Of a DNA stretch of 46,056 nt, positions 13,731-26,399 are shown piece by piece. This DNA comes from Welwitschia mirabilis. Taxonomy: Eukaryota. Under the pieces are notes generated by a model, which was given only the letters and a program-made list of their open reading frames with translations, did no database searches and was not told where the DNA came from. How positions within the stretch are numbered: the first letter of the stretch is position 1; each line of letters starts with the position of its first letter. The stretch lies in assembly GCA_051453625.1 (NCBI GenBank), contig JBOZIK010000001.1, forward strand, positions 32,177,742-32,223,797, read 5' to 3'. A program made the translations under genes and the position numbers.

Positions 13731-14199
13731 ATCATCCCCTTGAAGAGAGATGATTAATGCTTTGTGAGCCTATCTTATCCACTTGAAGTAGAAAACTTAA
13801 AAGCTTTTGATGATTATGAAATCAACTATGAGCATGTAGGAACTAAATATTTTAATTAAGAGAGTGAAGAAACTAAAATTGTAATTAGTGTAAAAGTTAA
13901 ACATCTAAAAATAACTAGGATTTCATATTTTAAAAAAGGTCATCCACACATATCATCTGGATGATGGTTTAAGATGACAGTTAACTCTAATAAAAAATTA
14001 ATAGAAATTGAAAATATAAATATAAATTTGAACCTTAACCTAATAGACTAAAATATATCTTTCTATGTGATGATTTGAATAAATCTTTGATAATAAACAA
14101 GAATATTTTCCATCAACAAGAATTGCTTTTAATCTCAATTTTGAATTCTATAGTTAATGCATTTACTTAGATTCATAAATATTTAACAACTATTTTCCA

Positions 14200-15200
14200 T
14201 TGTTTAACATAAAATTAATCTTGAGTAGAATGCAAAACCTATTAGGCAATCCCAACATAAACTAAATTCAACCTTTAGACAAGTCATAAAAAATTAAGTT
14301 ATTAAATTAATGGATGCTGGATTTATTTATGCCATATCTAATAGTGAGTGGATTAGCCCTTTGGTGGTAGTTCCTGAAAAAAAAGGAAGTGGAGATTGCG
14401 TATTAATTTTAGAAAGCTAAATGAAGTAGCAAATAAAGACCATTATCCTTTAGCTTTTCTTAATTAAATTCTTAACAGAATCCAATGACATGCCTTTACT
14501 TGCTTTCTTGATGGGATGGGTATTATAATTAGGTTTGTATAGTTAGTGAGGATTAAGTAAAAATAACTTTCACTTCATCATTTAAAACATTTGCCTTTAG
14601 ATGCATGCCTTTTAAACATTGAAATGCTTCTAGTACTTTTCAACATGCAATGATGGGTACTTTTCTAATATGTTAGAGGGTTCAATTGAAATTTTTATGG
14701 ATGATTTCTCAATCTATGTAAAAACTTTGAATAAATCTTAAAAATATTAGAGAAAGTCCTTAATAGATGCATTAAGAGTGGTCTACATTTGAGTTGGAAG
14801 AAGAATTTATTTCTAGTTAATAATGGAATTATCTTAGGTCATCACATTTACAATAGAGGAATTAGGATGGACCCTAAAAAAGTAAGTATCATTAAAAATC
14901 TAACTTCTTAAAAAATGTAAAATAAGTTTAATATTTCCTTGGCTAATATGATTTTATAATATTATGCTAAAATTTGTAAACCCCTTTAACTTATTCTTGA
15001 AAAATAAGATAAATTTAAATCGAANNNNNNNNNNNNNNNNNNNNNNNNNNNNNNNNNNNNNNNNNNNNNNNNNNNNNNNNNNNNNNNNNNNNNNNNNNNN
15101 NNNNNNNNNNNNNNNNNNNNNNNNTAAATCGAATGAATCTTGTAAGCTTACTTTCAAAACACTTAAAGATAAAATCTCTTTTGCACCTATTGTAACGAGA
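14200..15200 (+). pseudogene. pol: Reverse transcriptase of element B
   Basis: DAGFIYAISNSEWISPLVVVP (~14313); INFRKLN; KDHYPL; FAFRCMPF; EIFMDDFSIY (~14688-14717); ILGHHI; SCKLTFKTLKDKISFAPI. Confidence 0.95.
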
Positions 15201-15214
15201 TCCAATTAGAATAA

Positions 15215-15575
15215 ATATTTTGAATTAATATGTGATGCTAGTAATATTGTTGTGGATGGGGTTTTTAGATAAAAGTATTAAAATGATTTCAAAGTTATAT
15301 CTTATTATAACAAAAAATTGTCTAAATCTGAATCAAATTATAGTACTACTGAAAAAGAGATGTTATCCAGAATCTTTTAACTTGATACTCTTAAATACTA
15401 TGCTTTAATCTTTCAGACAGATGTTTATACCAATCATGTAGCTATTAGATACCTTATGATCAAGAAAGATTCTAGTGATAGATTAATCAGATGGATCCTC
15501 CTTATGCAATAATTTAATTTATCATCATTGATAAAGTAGGAAAACATAATAGTGTAGCAAATAATTTGTCATGTC
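15215..15575 (+). pseudogene. pol: RNase H of element B
   Basis: FELICDASN (~15219), NYSTTEKEML, VYTNHVAIRYL and LIRWILLMQ. Confidence 0.93.
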
Positions 15576-15659
15576 TTTCTTCTTCTCTTAATGATCTTAT
15601 AACTGATGATTCTTTTCTAGATGAATAATGTTTTACAATATTATCTACTCATCCTCCTC

Positions 15660-16788
15660 CTCAGTATGCTGAAATAGTTAATTATCTTATTACCATGAAA
15701 ATACCATAACATTAGAGTCATATTCAAAGAAAATCTTTTCTTCATAAAATTGGTAATTATGAACAGATAGAGTCATATCGTTATTATAGGTGCAAAGACC
15801 AAATCATGAGAAAATATATGCCTAAATGGGAAAAATTAGACATCCTTCATATTTGTCATGGTGGTGTTTATCGAGGTCATTTTAGGAACAAAAAATAGCA
15901 ATGAAATTTTTCACTTTGGTTTTTATTAACTTAGTGTTTTTCAGGGCTCTTTTGATTTTGCTAGAAAGTGTGATGCTTGTTAACATTATGATAGCCATAT
16001 TCTATTTTATGATATGTACATTAAACCTCTTCTTAAATATGTACCTTTTAATTATTGGAAACTAATTTAATAGGCCCTATTAAACCACCTTCTAATGATA
16101 TAAACCAAATTTTAGTGGCTATAGATTATGTTACTAAATAGGTTAAAGCTAGTTCTACTTTTGTGAATAATGCCTAAACTATTTGTAATTTTGTTAGAAC
16201 TCATATTTTTTAACATTTTAATTTTTGTAAAATTATCATTAGTGATCAACTAACTTATTTTATAAATTACCTTTTTAGAAAACTTACTTTATCTATTAGA
16301 ATTAAACATAAAGTAGTTTATGCTTATCATCCACAAACCAATGGTAAAGATAAAATTACAAATAGCAAAATAAATAAAATGCTTCAAAAACTTATCTTTG
16401 TTAATAAGAAATCTTAGGCTTTAAAGATTAACAATTTTATTTAAGCCTCCCATACTACTTGGCATAATTATCTTGGTTTTTCACCTTATAAAAATATGTA
16501 TAAAAAAGTTTGTGTTTTACTAATTGATGTATGTTATAACTCTTATCATTTTTTCCATCAACTTAATCTTATAGACCTTCATAAAAATCTTAAAAATAGA
16601 TTAGCCCAATTTAATTACTTAGATAAAAGATATACATTTATTATACATTATCGACTTATTCATAAAGTCTAAGCTAAGTTTAAACATGTTAAAAAGTTAC
16701 TTCATAAAAAGTTTAAGATTGGTCATTTTTTTTAATACAATACTAGAGTTCATATTTTACATAGAAAGTTGATCTTTAAATGGTTAGA
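15660..16788 (+). pseudogene. pol: Integrase of element B (end runs into an N gap)
   Basis: Zn-finger remnants CHGGVYRGHF (~15854) and KCDAC; ILVAIDYVTK*VKA; IIISDQ; AYHPQTNG (16322-16345); KLIFKW just before the gap (GPY/F region). Confidence 0.93.
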
Positions 16789-18349
16789 NNNNNNNNNNNN
16801 NNNNNNNNNNNNNNNNNNNNNNNNNNNNNNNNNNNNNNNNNNNNNNNNNNNNNNNNNNNNNNNNNNNNNNNNNNNNNNNNNNNNNNNNNNNNNNNNNNNN
16901 NNNNNNNNNNNNNNNNNNNNNNNNNNNNNNNNNNNNNNNNNNNNNNNNNNNNNNNNNNNNNNNNNNNNNNNNNNNNNNNNNNNNNNNNNNNNNNNNNNNN
17001 NNNNNNNNNNNNNNNNNNNNNNNNNNNNNNNNNNNNNNNNNNNNNNNNNNNNNNNNNNNNNNNNNNNNNNNNNNNNNNNNNNNNNNNNNNNNNNNNNNNN
17101 NNATAGGTTAAAATTTAGTGTAGGTACACTATCTTCTTTATGTTCCTAATTGTTCATTTTCATTTTGTTTTTCTTTGGTTGTTTGGTTTATTATTTCAAA
17201 TTCATTTTTGTACTTTTTCATCAACATTTTAAGACCTTATCATTTGGTATTTTTCTTGTGTTATTTTCATTTTCACTCATGTTATTTTATCAAATAAAGT
17301 TAACTTCATTTTAGCATACTCTCGTTTCATTAGATAATGTTTTTTATGATTTTTATAATTCTCCTTTGAGTCTTTTGGTGTTTTACATATTTTCATGATT
17401 ATTTTTTAGTTCAAGCACATTTGTTCCATTTTCTTTGTCATGCTTCATCCTACTTAGTACATTTTCATTACTCTATCTTTAGATTATTTTAAGCATTCCT
17501 CATTCCTTAAGCCTATTTGTCTTGATTCTTCATCATTTACTATCTTTTGAGTNNNNNNNNNNATATTTGAGCCTAACTTATTTACCTAACATTTTTTTTT
17601 AAGTTTTTCTAATTTCCATCATCCCTCATGTCATCTAAATGATAAGGCAGATGCCATATTAGATTTTTCTAAAAGTTGTCCTATGGTTATTATCTAGACA
17701 ATGTGATTGGATGATAGTGTGATAAAACCACAACTGCATTTCTTATCCTCCATTTTTCTTCATTTATGAGTTATTTTCATTTATTCCTTTAAGATAGGAA
17801 TGTCACATTAGTACCTACCAATGTCTTGAAACTTTCCCCCATGAATTTAGCATATGGGATTGTGAGATTTGAGCAAATTTGTTAAAATGAGGTATGTTTT
17901 TCTTTTCCTCATTATTTTTAAATTTTTCTCCTATTTTTGAGCCTTTCATCATGTAGTTTTTAGTATGTTAATTATTTTTTTGTGCTCTTTGATTTGGTAC
18001 TTACGAATCTAATTTTCATTATGTATTTTGTGAGATATCTGAATTTGTGCATTTTATGAGGTAAAATTAGGTTTTAACTTTAAACCTTACTTTCTCAAAA
18101 ACCATAAGTCAAAATGTAGTATTTCTTATAGGTAAATTAATTAGTATCATAAGCTTCACATTTCTACCAGATTATATTTTTGATTTGAGTACTTTTATTT
18201 TTAACTTTATGTGGACCTAGTTGTTTTACTTTTTTTGATTTTTCTTGCATCTCACACCTTCATTTGCATGCTTAGGTAATATAGGATGTATTGATTATAT
18301 TGAGGGGTCTATGACACGTTTTCATAATTTTTGCACATTAAAAATTGAT

Positions 18350-19720
18350 TTATGAGATCATTTAGATCTACCATAAGATACATTTTAGTGATTTCCACTT
18401 AATCTCATGTGATGAGTTTTGCATCTATGACTGATTAGGCCACACACATAATGGAATAGATAAGATGAGGTAGACATCAAGGTAGTATAGTAGGAAGTGG
18501 GTCTTACAATACCATCTAAGATTGAGTAACCATAGCCAATTCACCCTCCTTCTCACTAGGCGTGATCCCAGTCTATTCAAATAGCCTTTATCTAAGTAAG
18601 GAGGTATTTTAGTGATTTCATGAGTTAACTAAATTTGGAGGTGGATTAGAGACTAATAGATCTTTAGCTTAAGTGGATTTTACATGCACATGGACCTTAC
18701 TATGCCTCAGAGACTAGAAAGTTCTACGATACTATACACATAGAGAGGTCTTTTGATACCTGTGATCATCTCATTGACATGATTATAGCTACCATTTATG
18801 ACCACAAGGTATCTATTTTTTTAAGCTACATCACCACTATTACTAACTTATATGACATCAAAAATACACACATCTATTCAGTTAAAAATACATCACCACT
18901 ATTACTAACTTATATGACATCAAAAATATACACATCTATTTAGTTAATAATACAAAGGAATGTTTTGCTTATGACATAGCATTAAACATAATAACCGATC
19001 TAATTAGTGATAGACAGGAAGTACTGGTGATACATTTATCACTTGCCTATCAAATTATTTAAGAGAGATAATTTATAACTTTAGCCCATTTTCCCATGAT
19101 ATTCATGCCATGGTCGCTTACCTTTAGATGCTGATAGTATTCAGGCAAGGGGAGTAAATGGAGTTACCAACCTTTATTTAGAGAAGTTTTTGGAGCATGA
19201 TTGATGCTTGATAGTTATAGACTCTGGGATATTCTTCTCTCCTCTTAGCTATGTTTAGATGTTTCAGTATGCCTAAGTGAATGGGTAAGTAGAGACTCAT
19301 GCATATTTAAACTTCACCTCATTACTTATAAAACATAGGCATCCAAATTCCAGGAGAGATAGAGAGATCTCAGGTATAGAGACCTATAGTTGGTATCATC
19401 ATCGAGTAGATTCAGACTCTTCTAGTAAATACTACATAGGGTATTACAAAGGTTATAAATTAAATCCTCTTCCATTCTTAAGTAGAGGATATCCATGGTT
19501 CAAAGAAGAGTTTAGCACACTAAGGATTAGCTGACTAATGTATGAAAATGCATATTATACATTTAGAATGATGTGATAGTTGGCCCTCTAAAGGCTATCA
19601 GAGTATAGGGAGACAAGTTGACATGCTCCATTACAACATGACTTGATCATAATTTCCCTGTACATATTGAGCATTCTCCATCTTCTCTACTTACACCTGA
19701 ACCTGCTACACATTAGGAAT
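18350..19720 (+). pseudogene. Decayed extra ORF between INT and the 3' LTR of element B (Athila ORF/env-like position)
   Basis: A GC-richer block containing LKWILHAHGPYYASETRKFYDTIH (18668-18739), which resembles the Y-x4-(V/T)-x-EFY motif of Athila-type accessory proteins. Boundaries are approximate. Confidence 0.55.
18827..18954. repeat. 62-bp tandem duplication, 2 copies, 3 mismatches
   Basis: tacatcaccactattactaacttatatgacatcaaaaata(c/t)acacatctatt(c/t)agttaa(a/t)aa occurs at 18827 and 18889. Confidence 0.95.
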
Positions 19721-20251
19721 TTATTTTGGCATAATAAGGGAAGTGATTTATCATGTTGAAATATGTATCTTTCCTCTATGAATTGTATTAAAAACTCATA
19801 TTTTTATAGACATATCATTTTCTGAGTATCATCATGATGTAAATCTCTATTACTAAGATATTATGGACATCTTTTAAATATCATTTTTGACATTACATGA
19901 ATGATAATTTTTCTTATGTTATACATGATTATTTTTTATGATATGTTATACATTTGAGTAAAAGCCTATTAAACCTATTATGTTTTAGTGTTTATCTTTC
20001 TAAAAAAATTTTTCATAAGCTTTTGCTTTTCAAGAATAGTCTTTGAACCTGTCATCCCCTTCATCATTTTGATGACCACCAGGATGATAGTACAACCACT
20101 TACTCTACATAGGTGAAATTTTTAGTTTTTTTTTAACATTTTTATTATATATTATGAGATTTTTGAGATTATTTCTAAGTTTACTTTATAGTTCCCTAGT
20201 TGACTTATTATTAGTAAATTTGGCTTGCAATTATGATTGTTCACCTATTTT

Positions 20252-20285
20252 TATCAAGAACTATCAAGGTTAAGTTGAGGGGCTA
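20252..20285 (+). promoter_or_regulatory. Polypurine tract region of element B
   Basis: atcaagaactatcaaggttaagttgaggggcta lies immediately before the 3' LTR and matches the Athila-like TAAGTTGGGGG pattern. Confidence 0.75.
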
Positions 20286-21537
20286 TGCTACATTACGAAA
20301 TTGTATGTATTTCATAGGGTATTATGAGTAGTTTTTCAGAACATTAGATAATTTTATGGTGATTTTTGATGATAATGGAGAGATAAGGAAAATACCTTAC
20401 AAACATGCAATATTTATCACATTTGATAGCATTCTAAATGAATTAAAATACTTATTATCTGAAGCAACAATCATGTAATTAAAGAGGTTGATTTGATACA
20501 AGAAACATCTTTTCAAAACCTATCATTAACCTAATTGTCTGAATGATAGTACAAATGATAGAAGAACTCATACTGACTAGGACACTTACTGGACTAATCT
20601 AGTAGCTAAAGTGGATACTGTATTATATGGCATTATCTCGTGTAATGTTTAGATAACCAGATGGATAACACCTAAAAATAACACTTCATCAAACTTTTGC
20701 TATATATCATGTGTCTTATTATGTGGCTATTAGGATTTTACTTCATCCATTAGTGTTTGCTATTTTTAGAGTTTTTATTTGTAATAAATACCTCTGTTGC
20801 CCTTGACTCTAACTTTATCTTATTTACCATTGAAAATTATTGTGATAAGAAATCAAAGGGTAGGAGATCCATTTCTTCTTATTGTAGAGAGATGTCTTCC
20901 TTAATGTGGGGCTATGTATCCTTTATTAAGGTGCTACTACTTTATAACATGGATGTTGGTTTGACTTAATCAAAATTCTATTTTCCTTTTCATATTATTT
21001 GTTATATGCATTTTCCTTATGGTTTATATTGCTTCTGATTCTGTGATAGCTTCATCTGTGATATAGATTATGAAGGCAACCTCCGTTAAGATTGATATTG
21101 TTAGTTTAGGTACATTGCATTACATTTTCTAGATTAACTTAACATTGTTTTCACATTCCACATGATGCACCTGCCAGCTTAGATTGGTCTTGGTGTGGTG
21201 ATGGCTTTCCTTAATTGATCTAGGTTATACAGGGCTAATCTTTATAATAGGTTGAATTAGGCATAAAATAGATGTTACATTTAGAATAGATCTTGCATCT
21301 CATTTGCATAGTATATTCATTTGCATTATTACTTTTATTATTTTTTTCTACTTAAAGAGTACATTAATATCTTGCTTGAAATTAATTCTATTTTTTCTCA
21401 CTTGTGCCTTCACTAGAATTATGACATTTGGGTTATTTCCATATATATTAGTATGTTATGCTGTATAATATATATATTTTTATGATTTTTAGGATTTATT
21501 TAAGGAAGTAATGTTTGTACAAATATGCATCACAACA
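20286..21537 (+). repeat. 3' LTR of element B
   Basis: Starts tgctacattacgaaattgtatgtatttcat and ends catcacaaca. Collinear with 6817-8055. Confidence 0.95.
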
Positions 21538-21699
21538 TAGTGCTAGCTCTATTATTATGTTTTTGAGCATTAAAACCAAGTTAAAATAATTTTACTTAAG
21601 TGTTAATTCTAAATAAAAACCAAATTAATAGAAATAAGAATTTATATTATTTTTTTATTAAGTATAAAATTCATTACAATATGAGAAAATTCAATTACA

Positions 21700-22600
21700 A
21701 TGTAGCTACAAAAACTAAAAAAGTATAGGTGCAGAAGGGTAAAAGAGAAAAATAGATCAAGGAATTTAGCTCATAAATCTTTAATAAGAAGCCAAACTTT
21801 CCAAATTTTGATCCATCTCTTCGTGTTTCTTTGATATCTCCTTTTTCTCCTTGGAAATCTCTTTCATTTTTCGCCATAGATTTCCAATCTAACTTCTTTG
21901 GGACTTGGGTACTTCCTCCAAGAAAGTATTACATAAAGTAGTTAAGGAATAATGATGAGTAATAAAAGAAGAAGCAAAAGAAGATGGAGAATAAGGGGGA
22001 TGAGAAGATTCACCAATAGGATCTTTCCCCTTTTTTCTTGTACTGATTGGATAGTAGGGAAATAAAGGAGCTTGAGAAGAAGGAGAAGTTCTTTAAGGAT
22101 TTTTTTCTTCTTCTTGAATTTTATTAAGACCATTTAGAGTCCACTCTTCATTTTTACACTTGCTAAGTTAGGTAATATTTTTAGGGGTTATGGTTTTTAT
22201 GAAGTTTCTCTCCCATTCCTAAAAGTTTAGAGCATGAATTAAGGCATTATAAATCACATTTTAAAGTAATAATGGGAGGGTAAGATTACTCCTATGACCC
22301 ATATTATTTTCTATAGTGATAAAAATAAATTTAGCTATGTTAAAGGACTTATTATCTTAAATGATCCTAATCACATCAGGATGACCACAATAGGCATCAG
22401 TAACATGTGACATAGATAAAACCCTTTTGAATGATAAAAATAAACATGGTAGTTGATGCTTATAAATGTAATTTCAAGGTAAGATCACTTTTCTATTTGA
22501 TTCATATTCAAATAAACAATAATGACCAATGCATTTGATGAGTACATAAGGTAAATTATCATAATGTTTAACTCTTATTAAAGCTTATACATCATTAAGA
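21700..22600 (-). pseudogene. Decayed extra ORF in the 3' region of element A
   Basis: A minus-strand frame reads KIQEEEKNP*RTSPSSQAPLFPYYPISTRKKGKDPIGESSHP (~22000-22125). Part of the region is similar to 1436-1870. Confidence 0.45.
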
Positions 22601-22820
22601 GAAACAAACAAAAAAGTGTGATGAATGAAAGAATGAATTACCCAAGGATTATTCTTATCTATTATTACATTTTATTAGAACTTCAAAACTACCCTTGAAA
22701 AGTAGTAAGTGCCATTTTCCTTTAACAAATAATTTCAATTCCTTGCCTTAATTTTATTAACATAGAAACATGCAAATAAAGCATGAAAGAATGTAAAAAT
22801 TTATTTCTCTAAAAATGCTT

Positions 22821-24004
22821 TGTTGCAATGCCAATTTACAAGATTATTATGAAGAATTAATGCGATAATCACTAAAACATGTAATTTTTGGTATTTGGAG
22901 GGGTTTTAGGCTTACTCTGATACTTCATGCCTTAAAGGAAATATTACCAATAAAAAAGACTAATTTCTCTTAAGCAGAAAACATGAGAAGATCTGTTATC
23001 CCCTTTGTCATCCCCATGACAATTAGGACGACACTACTACTGACATGGACTAAAGCTGTAGAGTTGACTATGGGGCCTAAAGTAGATGGATCACCTCTTC
23101 TTACATAGTATTATTTCCAGTGTCATCCCCATGATAGTTAGGATGATAACTATTTGTATGAATGAAAAGAATTATCTTTGTAATAGGGTCATATGGCCCA
23201 TGTAGTTTTCTAGTGTTTTTTCCTTTGACTTTTAGGGTTTTTCTTTTAGAAATTTAATGTAAAACTATAAATACCCCCTTTGGCTTTACATTCATTTTTA
23301 TATTTTGTACTAGATAATCTTGTGATGGAAGATTGAAGGACAAGAGATTCATCCATTAGCTACAAGAAGAAGATTTCTTTGGCGTTGGGCTAAGTATCCT
23401 CCACTGAGGTATTTCTACTTGATTGTAAGTGGGTTTTACATTGATGATTAATTAAAGAAATCTTTTTACTTATATTGTGTAAATCTCCCTTATGATTTAA
23501 GTTTATTATGATTTGATGAAAGATTTATAGTTTATCTAGATCATAAGGGAAACCTTTATTAAGTTTAACATTATTAGTTTATATCTTACATTGCATTTCA
23601 TTTCATTCCATTTCCATATTTGCATTTATTCATATTCTATTAGTATATCTTATAGCTTATGTTGGTTAGGAACAAGTGACAAATCTTCCTAGTTAATCTA
23701 ACTTATAGGAACTAATCTTGATGACAAGAATATTGGTAGTTAAATAGATTCATCATTCATCTATTTGTATTTCATCATCATTCATCTTGCATTACATTTG
23801 CATTATTCTTTACTTTAATTTAATAAAGGAAAAATGTTAAAAATACTTTGTAAAATCAATTCTCTAACTTCTAGCCTAGTGACTTTGATGGATTATGACA
23901 TTTAGGTTGTCTCTTATCTATACTAGTATTTGTTTTCCTACAAGTATTAGGATTTACAAGTTTTTCCTAAGAATTTAAAAATTGCACAAATTTACACAGT
24001 AACA
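22821..24004 (+). repeat. 5' LTR of element C
   Basis: Starts tgttgcaatgcc and ends cagtaaca. ctataaatac at ~23266. The 3' half resembles the B LTRs (gattgaaggaca.gagat.c; ttatgacattt.ggtt). Confidence 0.8.
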
Positions 24005-24007
24005 TTT

Positions 24008-24025
24008 TGGTATAATTGTTGAGGA
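24008..24025 (+). promoter_or_regulatory. Decayed PBS of element C
   Basis: tggtataattgttgagga lies 3 nt after the LTR end. The downstream sequence matches that after the B PBS (gaag.atgc..gaagtt..aggatt). Confidence 0.7.
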
Positions 24026-24469
24026 AGAATGCAAGAAGTTAAAGGATTATCACTATCTAGATAAGTGCCTTAGATTTTAGTTTATATTATTTATTTAAAA
24101 TAATTTTGTATTTTTATTCTAATTTTAATAGTTCTATTTTGGTAATTTTTGTTTTTCCTAGATTAAAAAAAAAAGTATTGTTGTCTCCCTAGTGATTCAC
24201 ATGACACTGAGAATAACAGTTACAGACTTTTGAATTTTTTTTCTTTTTGCAAAAGTTTATTTCTTTTGGTATTAGTAATAAAATATAGTTATCCTCTGTA
24301 TTATTTCCATGACAAGATGGACAATAGCCTATTTTTCTACTTATAGTAATTTATCTCTGATTTTAGCAGATCTTTGTAGTTATGACAGTTGTCCCTCTTA
24401 TTATCCCCATGATAAAGTAGATGGTTGTTATTTTATTTTATTTCTAATTTTTGTTTTATGTCTAAAGTA

Positions 24470-26000
24470 TGCAAGGACATGGTAAATTTTGGTAAAAAGA
24501 TGAAATATCAAAGAGAGTAAAACTTAATTGAGAAAAATACCAAAGAAGGATTAATTAAATTCGAGAAAAATCTAGGTATGAACACCCTAGGTATGCAAAT
24601 TCCAAGAATTTAAGAAGAATATTTTTCTACTTTTATTATTTCAGAGTTACATTTTTAAAAAGAAAATTGTGAAAATAATAGCATAAAAGAATATCGTGTA
24701 ATTTCATTTTTATCAATGTCAAAAGAATCACAAGAATAAAAATAAGTCACTTCATTTAGTATACCAATCATGATAGGAACTTTAAATTCAAATTAAAATG
24801 CTACACTTACAAATTTAATTGCTAATAAAAAATGTAAAATCCAAAATCCTTATGATTTACCTACTGGTGATGATGTAGAATTAATAGACTTGAATGCCTA
24901 TCCAACATTTTCAGGAAAACTTAAAGAGGAACCTTTTCAACATCTACCTAACATTAAAGAACTTGTATTTATCTTAGGAAATGAAAAGAAATGCAATAGT
25001 AATTGTACTTACATAATTATCTTTCCTGTCACACTTAGAGGAAAGGAAAACATTTGACTTAAAACTAGAGTCTTAAATCATGAAGTCAAGTGTAAAAAGT
25101 TTTTATTAAAAGATTTTTAAGTGAAAGTACCATGAGAAAAAAAGGAAGAAAGTTACCAACTTCCAACAATAATCTCATGAGAATTATGCTATAACTTATG
25201 AGCATTTCATCATAGCTATACATTCCAAACTTGTTGATAAATTTCATAAAGAAGAATTGATAGATTATTTCTATGGTGGATTAACTAGTCAAATTAAACA
25301 ACTTGTAGGATTTTCTTATGGTGGCAACTTAATGAACTTGATTTTAGATAATGTATAAAATGTGTTGGAAAATTTGGTAGAGATAAGTCAAACTTGATCA
25401 AAATCCACTTCTAAGGAAAATTGAATTGCATATTAAATTATAAACGATTTAAAGGAAGTAAACCATGTTAACGAAGAAGAGAAATGTGATTCAACCAATA
25501 TAATTAAAGATTTCACTACCACTTTGGAAAAGTACACTTAAATAATAGTTGATGTAAAGACAGTAAAAGACAAAAACAAAACTTTAACATGTGATATTTA
25601 TGAGGACAAATCTCATCAAACTAAAGAATGATCTTTGTTACCAACTTATAAAGAGAGGATGTTTGACGAAGTATGTGCATTCAATTAAAGAACATCTAAC
25701 TTTAAAAGCGAACCATAATTTCAATAAAGATTAGGTGGACACTCACATTAGAAACATTTTGAGAAAAGATTTAGGAATTTAAACTTCTAACCAAATAACC
25801 CTAATCTTCAATAAAATCAAAATGGTCGACTTAGTGATTTAATATAAGAATTGTAAAAGATGCAAGAAAAGACTAACAATAATATTAAAAAATTAGTAAA
25901 TGTGCTTTAACAAATAATGCTAGCTAGTCAAAGACTATAACAATATCTTGCATCTCAACCTTTACCCAATCCAAATAAAATTAAGAGAGATTTAAAGGTA
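24470..26000 (+). pseudogene. gag: gag of element C
   Basis: YPTFSGKLKEEPFQHL (~24899), FPVTLRGK, LIDYFYGGLTSQIKQLVGFSYGGNLM (~25257) and a decayed zinc knuckle CDIYEDKSHQTKE* (~25590). Confidence 0.85.
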
Positions 26001-26399
26001 GTAACAGAAAGTGAAAATGATACAACAACTCCTACCCATGAGGTTTTAACTTCCAAAAACAATGGAAAAAGTAATTAAGAATATTATGTAGAAATTTTGG
26101 ACATGTATATCTTCCCTTCAACATTAAATGCTAAGCCCATCACTAAAAATGTTTTATAAAAAAATAAAGGGAAGAAACAATATACTCCTTGGCTTAAGAG
26201 GTTAAACATAAATCTTACCTCTCATGAGTACTTGAAGGCCTTGATGCAAGAGGTAAATATCAACTTATCATTTTGGAAACTCTTGTAAAAAAATCCTAAA
26301 TATTCTAAGTTATGAAAAGATCTAATTAGAAGAAAATAAAAACATACCATTTCTAGTAAGGTCTTTCTTGATTAATCTATTTTTAACTTAGTTCTAAAA

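Larger units (their letters stand above)
6817..21537 (+). mobile_element. Full-length decayed Ty3/gypsy non-chromovirus (Athila-like) LTR retrotransposon, element B
   Basis: Paired ~1.24-kb LTRs with TG...CA ends, PBS, PPT, domain order gag-PR-RT-RH-INT, and 5-bp flanks TAGCA/TAGTG. Confidence 0.95.

Noticed and set aside
11621-13800. Alternative insertion boundaries with a CTTAA duplication (11621-11625 and 13796-13800)
   Set aside because: The right end is not LTR-like, and the alignment to element C fits the ATCAT junctions (11575/13731) better.
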